A stretch of 64,000 nucleotides of DNA from Gemmatimonadales bacterium (GCA_035577025.1 DATLVU010000052.1:7303-71302), one strand, 5' to 3'; positions 27,183-36,358 are shown, numbered from the stretch's first letter. Notes: generated by a model from the letters alone, not told the origin. Translations and numbers: made by a program.

Positions 27183-27884
27183 TCAATACGTCTGCGCCGT
27201 TGCGCTGGGACGCAGCTCCGGGACGTCGGCGTCTGCGGGTCTCGTCGTAACACCGAAGGCCGTCTCAAATCCTCGCATCACTGCTTGCACGGCTCGCCCC
27301 CGCAGGTTCCGCTCCCCGCTCCCCGCTCCCCGCTCCCTCTCGACCGATGTCATCTCCACTCCGGCGATTCCGCACGGCACGATCCGGTCGAACTGCGTGA
27401 GATCGGTGGTGACGTTCAGGGCGAACCCATGCCACGTCACCCATTGCTTCACGTGAATCCCGATGCTCGCGATCTTGCGGTTGGACGTCCAGACGCCCGT
27501 ATGCGGCGGGTTCCGGCCGGCTGGAATCCCGAGCTCGGCGAGCGCGCTGATGATCGCGTCCTCCAGGGTCCGGAGATACCAATGCAGGTCGCGTCGGTGG
27601 CCCGTGAGGTCGAGAATCGGGTAGCCGACGAGCTGGCCTGGGCCATGGAAGGTGACATCGCCCCCGCGCTCGATCTCGAAGATGTCGATTCCCTCGCGAC
27701 GCAGGACGTGTGCGGCGTGGGAGGCGCGACCCAGCGTCACCACAGGTGGGTGCTCGAGCAGCAGGAGGAGGTCCTTCGCCAACCGCCCATCGATGCGAGC
27801 CTGGGCGAGGGCGCGCTGCCACGGTAGCGCATCGCCGTAGGGCACGAGCCCGGCATCAAGGACCTGCAGCGTACGATCGCCCAC
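27183..27884 (-). CDS. lipB: lipoyl(octanoyl) transferase
   Basis: RGGDVTFHGPGQLVGYPILDL and IVPCGIAGVEMTS motifs. Confidence 0.93.
   Translation of the reverse strand: MGDRTLQVLDAGLVPYGDALPWQRALAQARIDGRLAKDLLLLLEHPPVVTLGRASHAAHVLRREGIDIFEIERGGDVTFHGPGQLVGYPILDLTGHRRDLHWYLRTLEDAIISALAELGIPAGRNPPHTGVWTSNRKIASIGIHVKQWVTWHGFALNVTTDLTQFDRIVPCGIAGVEMTSVERERGAGSGERNLRGRAVQAVMRGFETAFGVTTRPADADVPELRPSATAQTY
27311..27338. repeat. heptamer tandem array (GCTCCCC)x3 + GCTCCCT inside lipB
   Basis: Read directly from the sequence. It encodes RERGAGSGER near the LipB C-terminus. Its flanks resemble those of the E2 copy at 30645-30680. Confidence 0.95.
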
Positions 27885-27888
27885 TCTG

Positions 27889-28302
27889 CTACCCCTTCAC
27901 CGCGTCATCGTGGCTTCCCTTGACTGCCCACGCGCTTCCAGTGGCACCGACGATGAAGCTCGTGACCGCCCATGCGATCAACCCCGGCGTCTGGAGCCAG
28001 CGATCGACGGGCCATGCGATGAAACCGACCAGCATGGCTCCGACTGCGGACATCACTCCGATGACACCACGCTGCCACAGGTTCTCGAGCGCGCGCGTGC
28101 GTCGCCAGCCGAACGTCGCCGCGACCGCGAGACCGGCGAACGTCGCGGCGATGACCGGGTCTCCGGCGATGTCCTCGTAGCCGGCGGTGCCGGCGTGATG
28201 TTCCAGGGACCGGACGATGGCGAGCCCCGCGACGATGGTGCCGCCGCCGAGCCCCACACCACTCGTGAGCGCGCCGAGCCCGATCGCCAGAGGGTCTTTC
28301 AC
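27889..28302 (-). CDS. small integral membrane protein (about 4 TM), unknown function
   Basis: Hydrophobic segments throughout. Wedged between lpd and lipB with a 4-nt overlap with lpd. Confidence 0.6.
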   Translation of the reverse strand: MKDPLAIGLGALTSGVGLGGGTIVAGLAIVRSLEHHAGTAGYEDIAGDPVIAATFAGLAVAATFGWRRTRALENLWQRGVIGVMSAVGAMLVGFIAWPVDRWLQTPGLIAWAVTSFIVGATGSAWAVKGSHDDAVKG

Positions 28303-29690
28303 ATGTCCACCACTCGGCCGAGCGAGTCGAGCGCGGCCTGGGCCACCGCCTCCGACAATGTCGGATGCGCGTGGATCGCGAGCTCGACTTCCTCCACCGT
28401 GTATTCGTTTTCTCGGGCCACTGTCAGCTCGTGGATAAGCTCGGACGCCTGGGCGCCGACGATGTGCGCGCCGAGGATTTCACCGTACTTCTTCTCGCGC
28501 AAAATCTTCACGAACCCTTCGGTCTCACCCGTGCCGCGCGCCCGCCCGTTCGCGGAAAAGGGGAAGCGGCCGGCCACGTACTCGAGCTTTCGCTCCTTGC
28601 AGAGATCCTCGGTGAGCCCGATGCTGGCCACTTCGGGTTGGCAGTAGGTCACGCTGGGGACGTTGTCGTACTTGATCGAATGCGGCTTCTGGCCGGCAAG
28701 GAGCTCTGTGACATAAACGCCTTCGCGCATTCCCTTGTGGGCGAGCATCGGTGGGCCCGCCACGTCACCGATGGCGTAGTAGCCGGGCGCCGTGGTCTGG
28801 AGGTTCTTGTCCACCTTGATGAAACCGCGCTCGTTGATTTGGACACCGCACTCCGCCAGGCCGATGTTCTCGGTGTTCACGGCGCGCCCGGCGGCCATGA
28901 GGACGGCCGCCACCTCGAGCTTCTGGGTCGCGCCGCCCGCTTCGACCTCGAGCGTCACCTTGTCCTTGGCCGGCGTCCCTTTCTTGACCTTGGCTGCCGG
29001 GATCACCTCAATGCCCCGTTTCTTGTAGCTCCTCGTGAGCGCGTCCGACGCCTCGGCATCCTCGAGTGGCAGGATACGGGCAAGCGCTTCGATCAAGGTG
29101 ACCTTGGTTCCGAAGGCGTGGAAGATATTGGCGAACTCCATCCCCACGGCGCCCGCTCCGATGATGGCGAGCGACGTCGGCGCCTTCTCGAGGAACAGGG
29201 CCTCGTCGGAGGAGATCACGGTGGTCTTGTTGATCTCGAGTCCGATCTGCGGCAGACCTTTGACGCGCGACCCGGTCGCGATCAGGACGGCCTTCTTCGC
29301 GTCGTAGACGTCGCTGCCCACTTTCACCTTGCGCCCCGGTTGCAGGATGCCGGTGCCTCTGACGACGGTGACTTTATTCTTCTTCATCAGGAACTCGACG
29401 CCCTTCGAGTTCTGATCGCTCACCTTGCGTGAGCGCTGCATCGCGACTCCATAGTCGGTCTTCACGGCGCCGGCCTCGACGCCGAACTCCTTGGCGTCGC
29501 GCAGCATCGAGGCGATGTGCGCCGAGTGGAGGAGGGCCTTCGTAGGAATGCAGCCGATGTTGACGCACACGCCACCGAGCTTGTCCTTCTCGACGAGGGC
29601 CGTGGTCATGCCGAGCTGCGCCGAGCGGATCGCGGCGACGTAGCCCGCGGGCCCGCCGCCCAGAATGATGACGTCGAACGTATTCGCCAC
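28299..29690 (-). CDS. lpdA: dihydrolipoyl dehydrogenase (E3)
   Basis: GGGPAGYVAAIRSAQLG, the redox disulfide GGVCVNIGCIPTKALL, and a C-terminal HAHPTLSE. Confidence 0.95.
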   Translation of the reverse strand: MANTFDVIILGGGPAGYVAAIRSAQLGMTTALVEKDKLGGVCVNIGCIPTKALLHSAHIASMLRDAKEFGVEAGAVKTDYGVAMQRSRKVSDQNSKGVEFLMKKNKVTVVRGTGILQPGRKVKVGSDVYDAKKAVLIATGSRVKGLPQIGLEINKTTVISSDEALFLEKAPTSLAIIGAGAVGMEFANIFHAFGTKVTLIEALARILPLEDAEASDALTRSYKKRGIEVIPAAKVKKGTPAKDKVTLEVEAGGATQKLEVAAVLMAAGRAVNTENIGLAECGVQINERGFIKVDKNLQTTAPGYYAIGDVAGPPMLAHKGMREGVYVTELLAGQKPHSIKYDNVPSVTYCQPEVASIGLTEDLCKERKLEYVAGRFPFSANGRARGTGETEGFVKILREKKYGEILGAHIVGAQASELIHELTVARENEYTVEEVELAIHAHPTLSEAVAQAALDSLGRVVDM

Positions 29691-29702
29691 TGATGATTCT
29701 CC

Positions 29703-30974
29703 CTAAAGCAGCATTGCGAGTGGATTCTCGAGCATCTGTTTCAGCGTTTTCAAGAACGCCGCGCCCGTGGCGCCGTCGATGACGCGGTGGTCGCAGCTCA
29801 TGGTAATGCGCATCCGGCGCCCCGGCGCAAGCTGACCGCCCACGACCACCGGCTTCTGCGTGACGGACCCGATCGCGAGGATACCAGCCTCGGGCGGATT
29901 GATCACCGCCGTGAACTGGTCGATCTCGAACATCCCCAGGTTCGAGACGGAGAACGTCGATCCGGTGTACTCGGTCGGCTGGAGCCGACGGCTACGAGCC
30001 TTCTCGGCCAGCTCCCGCGCCTCCCGCCCGATCTCGACGAGCGATTTGCGATCGGCGTTCCGGATCACCGGAGTAATCAGCCCGTCCTCCACCGCCACCG
30101 CGATCCCGATGTGAACCTCGTTCCAGTAGCGAATGTGGTCGTCCTGGAACCAGGCGTTGCAGGCCCGATGCTTTACGAGCGCCAGTGCGGTCGCCTTGAT
30201 GATCACATCGTTGTAGGAAATCTTCCCCTGGTCCCCGCGCTGCTGGTTGAGCGCATCGCGTGCTTCGGCCGCCCGCTCCATGTCCACTTCGGTCGTAAGG
30301 AAGAAATGGGGGATGGGGCCGAGGGACGTGACGAGCCGCTTGGCGATGGTCTTGCGGATCTGGGTGAGGGGGACGTCGTCGTAGGCCGCTCCTCCTCCTC
30401 CCACCACCGGGGAGCGGGGAGCGGGGAGCGGTACCTCGCGCTGCACGGCTGGCTGCGTAGCTACGGCCCGACCTTCCAGGTCCCGCTTGGTGACCCGTCC
30501 GCCAGGACCCGTTCCGGTCACTAGCTTCAGGTCAACGCCGGCATCTTTTGCCATCCGTCTCGCCAGCGGGGAGGCCTTCACCCGCGTAGCGTCGGCTGGC
30601 GTCGCCACGGAGGGTACCGCTCCCCGCTCCCCGCTCCCGACGTTCAGGACCGCTCCCCGCTCCCCACTCCCTGTCGCCGCAGCGACCGCCGGCCGGGGGG
30701 AGGGCACGGAAGCCGGTGCGGCGGCGGACGTCTCTCCGGGGCCGAGAATGACCGCCACCACCTTACCCACCGGCACCGTCTGACCTTCGGCGACACTCAC
30801 CTGCCGCAGCACGCCGTCCGCGCGCGCGATCAGGTCCATCACGGCCTTGTCGGTCTCGACCTCCGCCAACGTGTCGCCGGTCTTCACGGCGTCGCCGTCG
30901 CCCTTGTGCCACTTCACCACGCGTCCCTCCTCCATCGTCGGGGAGAGCGCTTCCATGTAAACGTTCGTGGCCAC
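29703..30974 (-). CDS. pdhC: dihydrolipoamide acetyltransferase (E2) of the pyruvate dehydrogenase complex
   Basis: Lipoyl domain (LAEVETDKAVMDL), PSBD (ASPLARRMAKDAGVDLKLVTGTGPGGRVTKRDLE) and catalytic domain (SCDHRVIDGA). Confidence 0.93.
   Translation of the reverse strand: MATNVYMEALSPTMEEGRVVKWHKGDGDAVKTGDTLAEVETDKAVMDLIARADGVLRQVSVAEGQTVPVGKVVAVILGPGETSAAAPASVPSPRPAVAAATGSGERGAVLNVGSGERGAVPSVATPADATRVKASPLARRMAKDAGVDLKLVTGTGPGGRVTKRDLEGRAVATQPAVQREVPLPAPRSPVVGGGGAAYDDVPLTQIRKTIAKRLVTSLGPIPHFFLTTEVDMERAAEARDALNQQRGDQGKISYNDVIIKATALALVKHRACNAWFQDDHIRYWNEVHIGIAVAVEDGLITPVIRNADRKSLVEIGREARELAEKARSRRLQPTEYTGSTFSVSNLGMFEIDQFTAVINPPEAGILAIGSVTQKPVVVGGQLAPGRRMRITMSCDHRVIDGATGAAFLKTLKQMLENPLAMLL
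30409..30435. repeat. (GGGGAGC)x3-GGTACC, left arm of a 26-bp perfect inverted repeat inside E2
   Basis: 30410-30435 is the exact reverse complement of 30613-30638. Confidence 0.95.
30613..30672. repeat. GGTACC-(GCTCCCC)n right arm plus a 33-nt tandem duplication inside E2
   Basis: Arrays lie at 30619-30639 and 30652-30672. They encode GSGERGAVLNV followed by GSGERGAVPSV. Confidence 0.95.
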
Positions 30975-30990
30975 GGGGGGGAGGGCGGCG

Positions 30991-31974
30991 TCAGTCGAGG
31001 TACAGCGTGCGTCGCGCAGCGGCGACCACGCGCTCGACGCTCGGCTTCGCCAGGCGCTCGAGCTGCTTGTTGTACGGCATGGGCACGTCGGCCTGGGTCA
31101 CGCGCAGGACCGGCGCGTCGAGCTGGTCGAAAGCGTCCCGTTGGATCACGTCGACGACCTGCGCGCCGATGCCGCAGTGCGGCCACCCCTCCTCCACCAC
31201 GACCGCGCGGTTGGTGCGCGCCACGGACTCGAGGATCGCGGCTTCATCGAGCGGCCGCAGCGAGCGCAGGTCGAGCACTTCGGCCGAGACCCCTTCGTGT
31301 TCGGCGAGCTGCTCGGCGGCCTTAAGGGCGACGCTCACGGTCTTGGAGTGGCACACGATGGTAACGTCGCGACCCGGCCGTTTCACGTCGGCGCGACCGA
31401 GGGGAACGACGTGCTCCCCCTCCGGCACGTCGCCTTTGAGGTTGTACAGCATCTCGCCCTCGAGCACGATGACCGGGTTGTTGTCCCGGATCGCCGACTT
31501 GAGCAGACCCTTGGCATCCGCCGGCGTCGCGGGCGCCACGACCTTCAGGCCCGGGATGTGGGCCAGCCAGGACTCCCAGGCCTGGGAGTGCTGGGCCGCG
31601 AGCTGGAGCGCGGCGCCGTTCGGGCCGCGGAACACGATTGGGACCGGAATCTGGCCGCCCGACTCGTACAGCATCTTCGCGGCGGAGTTGACGATCTGGT
31701 CCAGGGCGAGGACCGCGAAGTTCCACGTCATGAACTCGACCACGGGCCGCAGACCCGCCATGGCGGCCCCGACGCCGATCCCCGCATAGCCCAGCTCCGC
31801 AATCGGGGTGTCCACCACGCGCGTCGGCCCGAACTCTTCGAGCAGGCCCCGGCTCACCTTGTAGGCACCCTGGTAGACACCGACTTCCTCCCCGATGAGG
31901 AACACGTCGGGATCCCGTTGCATCTCCTCGCGGAGCGCCTGATTGAGCGCATCGCGATAGGTGAGCGTGGCCAT
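30991..31974 (-). CDS. pdhB: pyruvate dehydrogenase E1 component subunit beta
   Basis: Begins MATLTYRDALNQALREEMQRDPDVFLIGEEVG. The start overlaps the pdhA stop (ATGA). The ORF-track extension to 32670 is a read-through of the same frame. Confidence 0.93.
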   Translation of the reverse strand: MATLTYRDALNQALREEMQRDPDVFLIGEEVGVYQGAYKVSRGLLEEFGPTRVVDTPIAELGYAGIGVGAAMAGLRPVVEFMTWNFAVLALDQIVNSAAKMLYESGGQIPVPIVFRGPNGAALQLAAQHSQAWESWLAHIPGLKVVAPATPADAKGLLKSAIRDNNPVIVLEGEMLYNLKGDVPEGEHVVPLGRADVKRPGRDVTIVCHSKTVSVALKAAEQLAEHEGVSAEVLDLRSLRPLDEAAILESVARTNRAVVVEEGWPHCGIGAQVVDVIQRDAFDQLDAPVLRVTQADVPMPYNKQLERLAKPSVERVVAAARRTLYLD

Positions 31975-32972
31975 CAGTCGGCGAGCACGTGCGTGGTGAG
32001 CTCGGCGGGATCGGGGTCCGGACTCGCGTCCGCGAATCGGACCGCTTCCTCCACTTCCGCGCGGATCTCCGCGTCGAGCGCGTCGAGGCCGGGCTGATCC
32101 AGCGTGCCCTCTTCCTTGAGCTTCATGGCGAGCTGCGAGATCGGGTCGCGCTTGCGCTGCTCTTCCACCTCTTCCTTGGTCCGATATACGCCGTGGAGCG
32201 GATCGGACATGGAGTGGCCCATGTAGCGATAGGTCCGCACCTCGAGCAGAGTGGGGTGCCCCCGCTTTCGGGCCCGTTCCACGGCCCGGCGCGTCGCGTT
32301 GTATACGGCGAGGGCGTCCATGCCATCCACGAGCTCGGCGGCCATGTCGTAGCTGCACGCGTGCTCCACCACGTCCGTCACGGCCGCGACGCGCTCGAAG
32401 GCCGTGCCCATGCCGTAACGGTTGTTCTCGCAGCAGAAGATGACCGGCAGCTTGTACACGGACGCCATGTTCAGCGCCTCGTGGAAGGCGCCGATATTGA
32501 CGGCCGCCTCTCCGAAGTAGCAGAGGCAGACCTGATCGCCGCCGCGATAGCGGATCGCGAAGCCGATGCCGGCCGCGAGGGGAATGTGGCCCCCGACGAT
32601 GCCGTGACCTCCCATGAAGCGCTTCTCGGCGTCGAACAGGTGCATCGACCCGCCTTTGCCCTTCGAGCACCCGGTCGCCTTCCCGAACAACTCGGCCATC
32701 ACGGCGTTGGGAGACACGCCCCGCACCAATGCCTGCCCGTGCTCGCGATACGAGGAGATCACGTAGTCGTCGTCGCGCAGCGCGGCGAGCGAGCCGACCG
32801 CGACCGCTTCCTGGCCGATGTACAAATGACAGAATCCGCCGATCTTGCCCAGCGCGTACGCTTCTGCGGCCTTCTCCTCGAAGTGCCGAATGAGGAGCAT
32901 CTGGCGGAGCATGCGGCGCTCCACGTCAGAGGACGCGGTCTTGTTGGCGGGCTGGGCGGTCGCCGTAGCCAT
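31974..32972 (-). CDS. pdhA: pyruvate dehydrogenase E1 component subunit alpha
   Basis: LLIRHFEEKAAEAYALGKIGGFCHLYIGQEA and KGKGGSMH motifs. The start is at Met58 of the tracked ORF, derived from the ORF-track frame. Confidence 0.92.
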   Translation of the reverse strand: MATATAQPANKTASSDVERRMLRQMLLIRHFEEKAAEAYALGKIGGFCHLYIGQEAVAVGSLAALRDDDYVISSYREHGQALVRGVSPNAVMAELFGKATGCSKGKGGSMHLFDAEKRFMGGHGIVGGHIPLAAGIGFAIRYRGGDQVCLCYFGEAAVNIGAFHEALNMASVYKLPVIFCCENNRYGMGTAFERVAAVTDVVEHACSYDMAAELVDGMDALAVYNATRRAVERARKRGHPTLLEVRTYRYMGHSMSDPLHGVYRTKEEVEEQRKRDPISQLAMKLKEEGTLDQPGLDALDAEIRAEVEEAVRFADASPDPDPAELTTHVLAD

Positions 32973-32991
32973 GGCGGTCGGGGGGGGGCGG

Positions 32992-33885
32992 CTAGCGGGA
33001 GGCGGACAGGTTCGCGCGCTCGACCTGCTCCCATGCGTGGTAGCTCGACCGCACGAGCGGTCCCGCCTCCACGTGGCGATACCCCATGGCCATGCCGAGG
33101 CGACGCAGCTCGGCGAACTCGTCGGGTCGATAGTAGCGCGCAATGGGAAGATGCTGGCTCGACGGACGGAGGTACTGGCCGACCGTCAGGATGTCGACAC
33201 CCTGCGCCCGCAGATCGCGCATCGCGACCAACAGCTCATCCCACTCCTCGCCGAGGCCGCAGATGAGGCCAGATTTGGTAAGCAGCCTCGCGTCGAGCGC
33301 CTTTGCTCGCCGCAACAGCTCGAGCGCCCGTGGATAGCGTCCCCCCGGCCTGGCCAGGCGGTACAGCCGCTCGACCGTTTCGAGATTGTGGTTGAGGATA
33401 TCGGGCTTCGCCTCTACCACGATCCTCAGTGCCTCGGCGCTGCCCTTGAAGTCGGGGATGAGCACCTCGACGGACGTCCCGGGGGTGCGTCGCCGGATCT
33501 CGGCGATCGCGGCCGCGAACATCTCCGCGCCGCCGTTGGGCAGGTCGTCGCGGTCCACGCTCGTGATGACCACGTGCCGGAGCCCCATCCGCTCGACCGC
33601 CGTGGCGAGGCGGACCGGTTCGTGGCGGTCGAGAGCGGCCGGCGTGCCGTGGGCGACCGCGCAGTAAGTGCAGTTTCGAGTGCAGACGTCGCCCAGGATC
33701 ATGAACGTGGCGGCGCGGTGCTCCCAGCACTCCCCGATGTTGGGGCAGTGCGCCTCTTCGCACACCGTGTGGAGCGACAAGTCTCGCATGAGGTGCTTCA
33801 GCTCGGTGTAGTTCGGGCCCCCGGGGGCAGGCACCTTGAGCCATGCGGGTTTACGAGCGGCGAGCTGGGTGAGCGTTGTGGCCAT
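32992..33885 (-). CDS. lipA: lipoyl synthase
   Basis: CEEAHCPNIGECW and the radical-SAM motif CTRNCTYCAV. Confidence 0.95.
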   Translation of the reverse strand: MATTLTQLAARKPAWLKVPAPGGPNYTELKHLMRDLSLHTVCEEAHCPNIGECWEHRAATFMILGDVCTRNCTYCAVAHGTPAALDRHEPVRLATAVERMGLRHVVITSVDRDDLPNGGAEMFAAAIAEIRRRTPGTSVEVLIPDFKGSAEALRIVVEAKPDILNHNLETVERLYRLARPGGRYPRALELLRRAKALDARLLTKSGLICGLGEEWDELLVAMRDLRAQGVDILTVGQYLRPSSQHLPIARYYRPDEFAELRRLGMAMGYRHVEAGPLVRSSYHAWEQVERANLSASR

Positions 33886-33933
33886 CAGGATTCGGAAGAT
33901 AGTGGAGCCCGAGAGACGGCAAAAGACCGAATT

Positions 33934-34938
33934 TCAACTAGGCGGTTGATCGCCCTCCGGGCGCTTCTTCAAGCGCCGCAGCTCTTCTTCCAGCTCCGTC
34001 GTCGTGGACAGCAGCCCGTCGGCGATGTCGGCCAGTTCCTCGGCATCCCGCCACTGGCGCTCCAGCTCCGCGACTTCCGCGCGCTCATCCACCGCCATCT
34101 CGAGCGCCAGGCGTCGTTCTGGCGCCAGGCTCCGCAGCGTGAGCTCCCGGCGGGCGACGTCGTGAATCAGCTGCTCAGGTCCCCCCGCGCCTTCCACCAG
34201 GCGCGCCGCGTCCTCGACGCGCTGACGGCCCGAGCGGGCCAGGGCCAGATACGTCAGCCCTTGTCGCAAGGCCATCTGTGCGTCGCGGCCGACCAGCATC
34301 GCCCCCTCGGAGTGACAATTGGGGCAACTCAGAATGAGCGCGATGTCGCTCTGGGCCTGTCTCACCACGCGTGCATGCGCGATGTGACGCGCCCGGACCA
34401 GGAGTACGCTCCCGCAGCGCTCGCAGATGGGTGGCTCGGCCACGCTCACCGAGCGACGGCCGATCATCCGCGTGTAGAGCCATTGAGCCCCGCGCGGCAC
34501 GTTCCACACGAATACGCCGAGTGAGCCGCCGGCCGTCACGTTCACGGCCACGGCAAGGCCCACGGCGGCGATCGTGACGGGCAACACGAACTTGAGCTGC
34601 TCGCGACGCCGAGCCTTGAGACGCTCACCGTAGCGCCACGTCGCGAATTCCAACCGCCGGGGCTTTCCGACGCGCACCAAGTCATACTGCTGCCACCGGA
34701 TCAGGGCGACCTGCTCCGTGGCCGCCGCCACGCGGCCTTCAGCGGCGGCGCGGGCCAGCGCCTCGATTTTCTCGAGACGGTCCTCGAGCGGCGCGAGGTT
34801 CCAGCGGGAGCACTTCGGACAGATCACCCAGAGCCGAGCTTTCCACTCGTCGAACGCGAGCCGCTGGCCCACGCCGAGACCGGAGGGACCGCCATCGCCC
34901 GGAAGGTTGCCGTTACAGAACGCGCAGGTGCGATACAT
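33934..34938 (-). CDS. hypothetical membrane protein with two CxxC...CxxC zinc-ribbon-like motifs
   Basis: CAFC...CPKC at the N-terminus, a central TM segment (VLPVTIAAVGLAVAVNV), CERC...CPNC, and an acidic coiled-coil tail. I recognise no family. Confidence 0.6.
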   Translation of the reverse strand: MYRTCAFCNGNLPGDGGPSGLGVGQRLAFDEWKARLWVICPKCSRWNLAPLEDRLEKIEALARAAAEGRVAAATEQVALIRWQQYDLVRVGKPRRLEFATWRYGERLKARRREQLKFVLPVTIAAVGLAVAVNVTAGGSLGVFVWNVPRGAQWLYTRMIGRRSVSVAEPPICERCGSVLLVRARHIAHARVVRQAQSDIALILSCPNCHSEGAMLVGRDAQMALRQGLTYLALARSGRQRVEDAARLVEGAGGPEQLIHDVARRELTLRSLAPERRLALEMAVDERAEVAELERQWRDAEELADIADGLLSTTTELEEELRRLKKRPEGDQPPS

Positions 34939-34952
34939 CGGGGTGTCCGGTG

Positions 34953-36059
34953 CTAGGTGCCCGGTGGAAAACGGTCGATGCCGAATGGCGTGAGGTCCAC
35001 GTCCGTCTCGCCCTCGGCGAGCAGATCAGCGGTGATCTCGCCCGTCAGCGCCGCCAGCAGGATCCCGTTGCGCCCGTGACCCGCGGCGTACCACAGTCGT
35101 TCGACCGCGGGATCGCGCCCCAGAATGGGCCGGCCGTCCGGCGTCGCCGGGCGGAGTCCGGCCCACATCCGCTGCACCGGTTGTATGCGCAGCGCCGGGA
35201 GTAGCCGGACGGCGCCGCGGAAGATCTGGGCGAGCCCCTCGTTCGTGACGCGCGCGTCATAGCCGGCACGCTCCATGGTGCTGCCGAGCAGCGCCTCGCC
35301 GCCGCGCGCGAGTACGTAGCCGTGGTCCTGATAGAGGATCGCCGGGGGAGTCCCTTCGGGCCATGCGGTGGCCGCCATCTGACCGCGCACGGGCTCGATC
35401 GGCAGCGCGCGGGGCAGGCCGCGGACCTGTGGTGACCACACGCCCGCCGCGAGCACGACGTGCTCGACCGGAGTCGTGCCGCGTGCTGTGACGACGCCGG
35501 TGATCCGATCCCCCCCGATCTGGAGGGCTTCGACCTTCTCGACATGCTGGGTCGCGCCGAGCCGGCGAGCGTCGGCGAGACACGCGCGAGCGAGGGCTTC
35601 AGGGTCCAGGGCTCCGTCCTCGGGAGCGAACAGGGCGCCGAGGCAATCCGGACTGGCCCCCGGCCAACGCTCGCCGATTTCCCCGGCATCGAGCCAGTCG
35701 CACCGAAGGCCCGCCTGGCGCTGCCGAGCCACGTCTTCCTTGAGCCGGTCGGCCGTGGGCTCGTCGAACGCGAGGGAGGCGATCCCGGCGCGCCAGAAGC
35801 CGATGTCGATGCCGGTGGTCTCCTGGAGCGCCGGGCCGAGCGGCTCGTACAGGTCGCGGGCGCGCACGGAGAGGGAGACGAGTGCCTCATCGCCCGGTTC
35901 AATCTGGGCGGCCAGCATGCCGGCGGAGGCGGGGGACGCGGCGGCCGGGGCCGGGCCGGGCTCGAAGATCGCGACTTCCAATCCACGACGCGCTGCCGAC
36001 CGGGCGCACGCGGCGCCCACGGCCCCCCCGCCGACGATCGCGACTGCGACGGCCTTCAC
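34953..36059 (-). CDS. FAD-dependent oxidoreductase (glycine oxidase ThiO-like, DAO family)
   Basis: VAIVGGGAVGAACA dinucleotide-binding motif and a C-terminal AGHGRNGILLA typical of the DAO family. Confidence 0.8.
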   Translation of the reverse strand: MKAVAVAIVGGGAVGAACARSAARRGLEVAIFEPGPAPAAASPASAGMLAAQIEPGDEALVSLSVRARDLYEPLGPALQETTGIDIGFWRAGIASLAFDEPTADRLKEDVARQRQAGLRCDWLDAGEIGERWPGASPDCLGALFAPEDGALDPEALARACLADARRLGATQHVEKVEALQIGGDRITGVVTARGTTPVEHVVLAAGVWSPQVRGLPRALPIEPVRGQMAATAWPEGTPPAILYQDHGYVLARGGEALLGSTMERAGYDARVTNEGLAQIFRGAVRLLPALRIQPVQRMWAGLRPATPDGRPILGRDPAVERLWYAAGHGRNGILLAALTGEITADLLAEGETDVDLTPFGIDRFPPGT

Positions 36060-36137
36060 GGCCTGGCGTCCTCCTGAAACCCGCTGCTACATTCCGTCGT
36101 ACGGGCCCCTCGTCGGAGCTCTACGGAGGAATCTCTC

Positions 36138-36356
36138 ATGCTTCGCAGCATCCTGGGTTTCGCGCTCTTCGCCGTGCTCGCGTGGCTCGGCCTCAAGATC
36201 GTGTTCAGCGTGCTCGGTGGTCTGGTCGCGCTGGCCATGACCCTGCTCTGGTTGGCCGCCCTCGGCTTCATCTTCTATCTCGTCCTGCGGGTGATCAGTC
36301 CGAGCACCGCGGACAAGGTTCGCGAGATGATCAAGGGCCGTCCCGCCGACGCCTAG
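36138..36356 (+). CDS. small 2-TM membrane protein
   Basis: 72 aa with two clear hydrophobic helices. The ATG is preceded by GGAGGAA. Confidence 0.55.
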   Translation: MLRSILGFALFAVLAWLGLKIVFSVLGGLVALAMTLLWLAALGFIFYLVLRVISPSTADKVREMIKGRPADA

Positions 36357-36358
36357 CG

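Noticed and set aside
30991-32670. Over-long or fused ORFs in the track: 30991-32670, 13588-17316, 19442-20977, 54039-55967, 52661-54301, 37312-39045, 43104-44258.
   Set aside because: The upstream extensions overlap neighbouring well-supported genes and have non-protein-like composition. Internal starts give canonical N-termini, signal peptides or start/stop coupling, and these were used instead.
32975-32992. A run of about 9 G (C on the coding strand) immediately upstream of the pdhA start codon, with no Shine-Dalgarno sequence.
   Set aside because: Runs of this length are not statistically surprising at this G+C content. I also could not reconcile my manual count of the run with the ORF-track frame to the exact base, so I make no claim.
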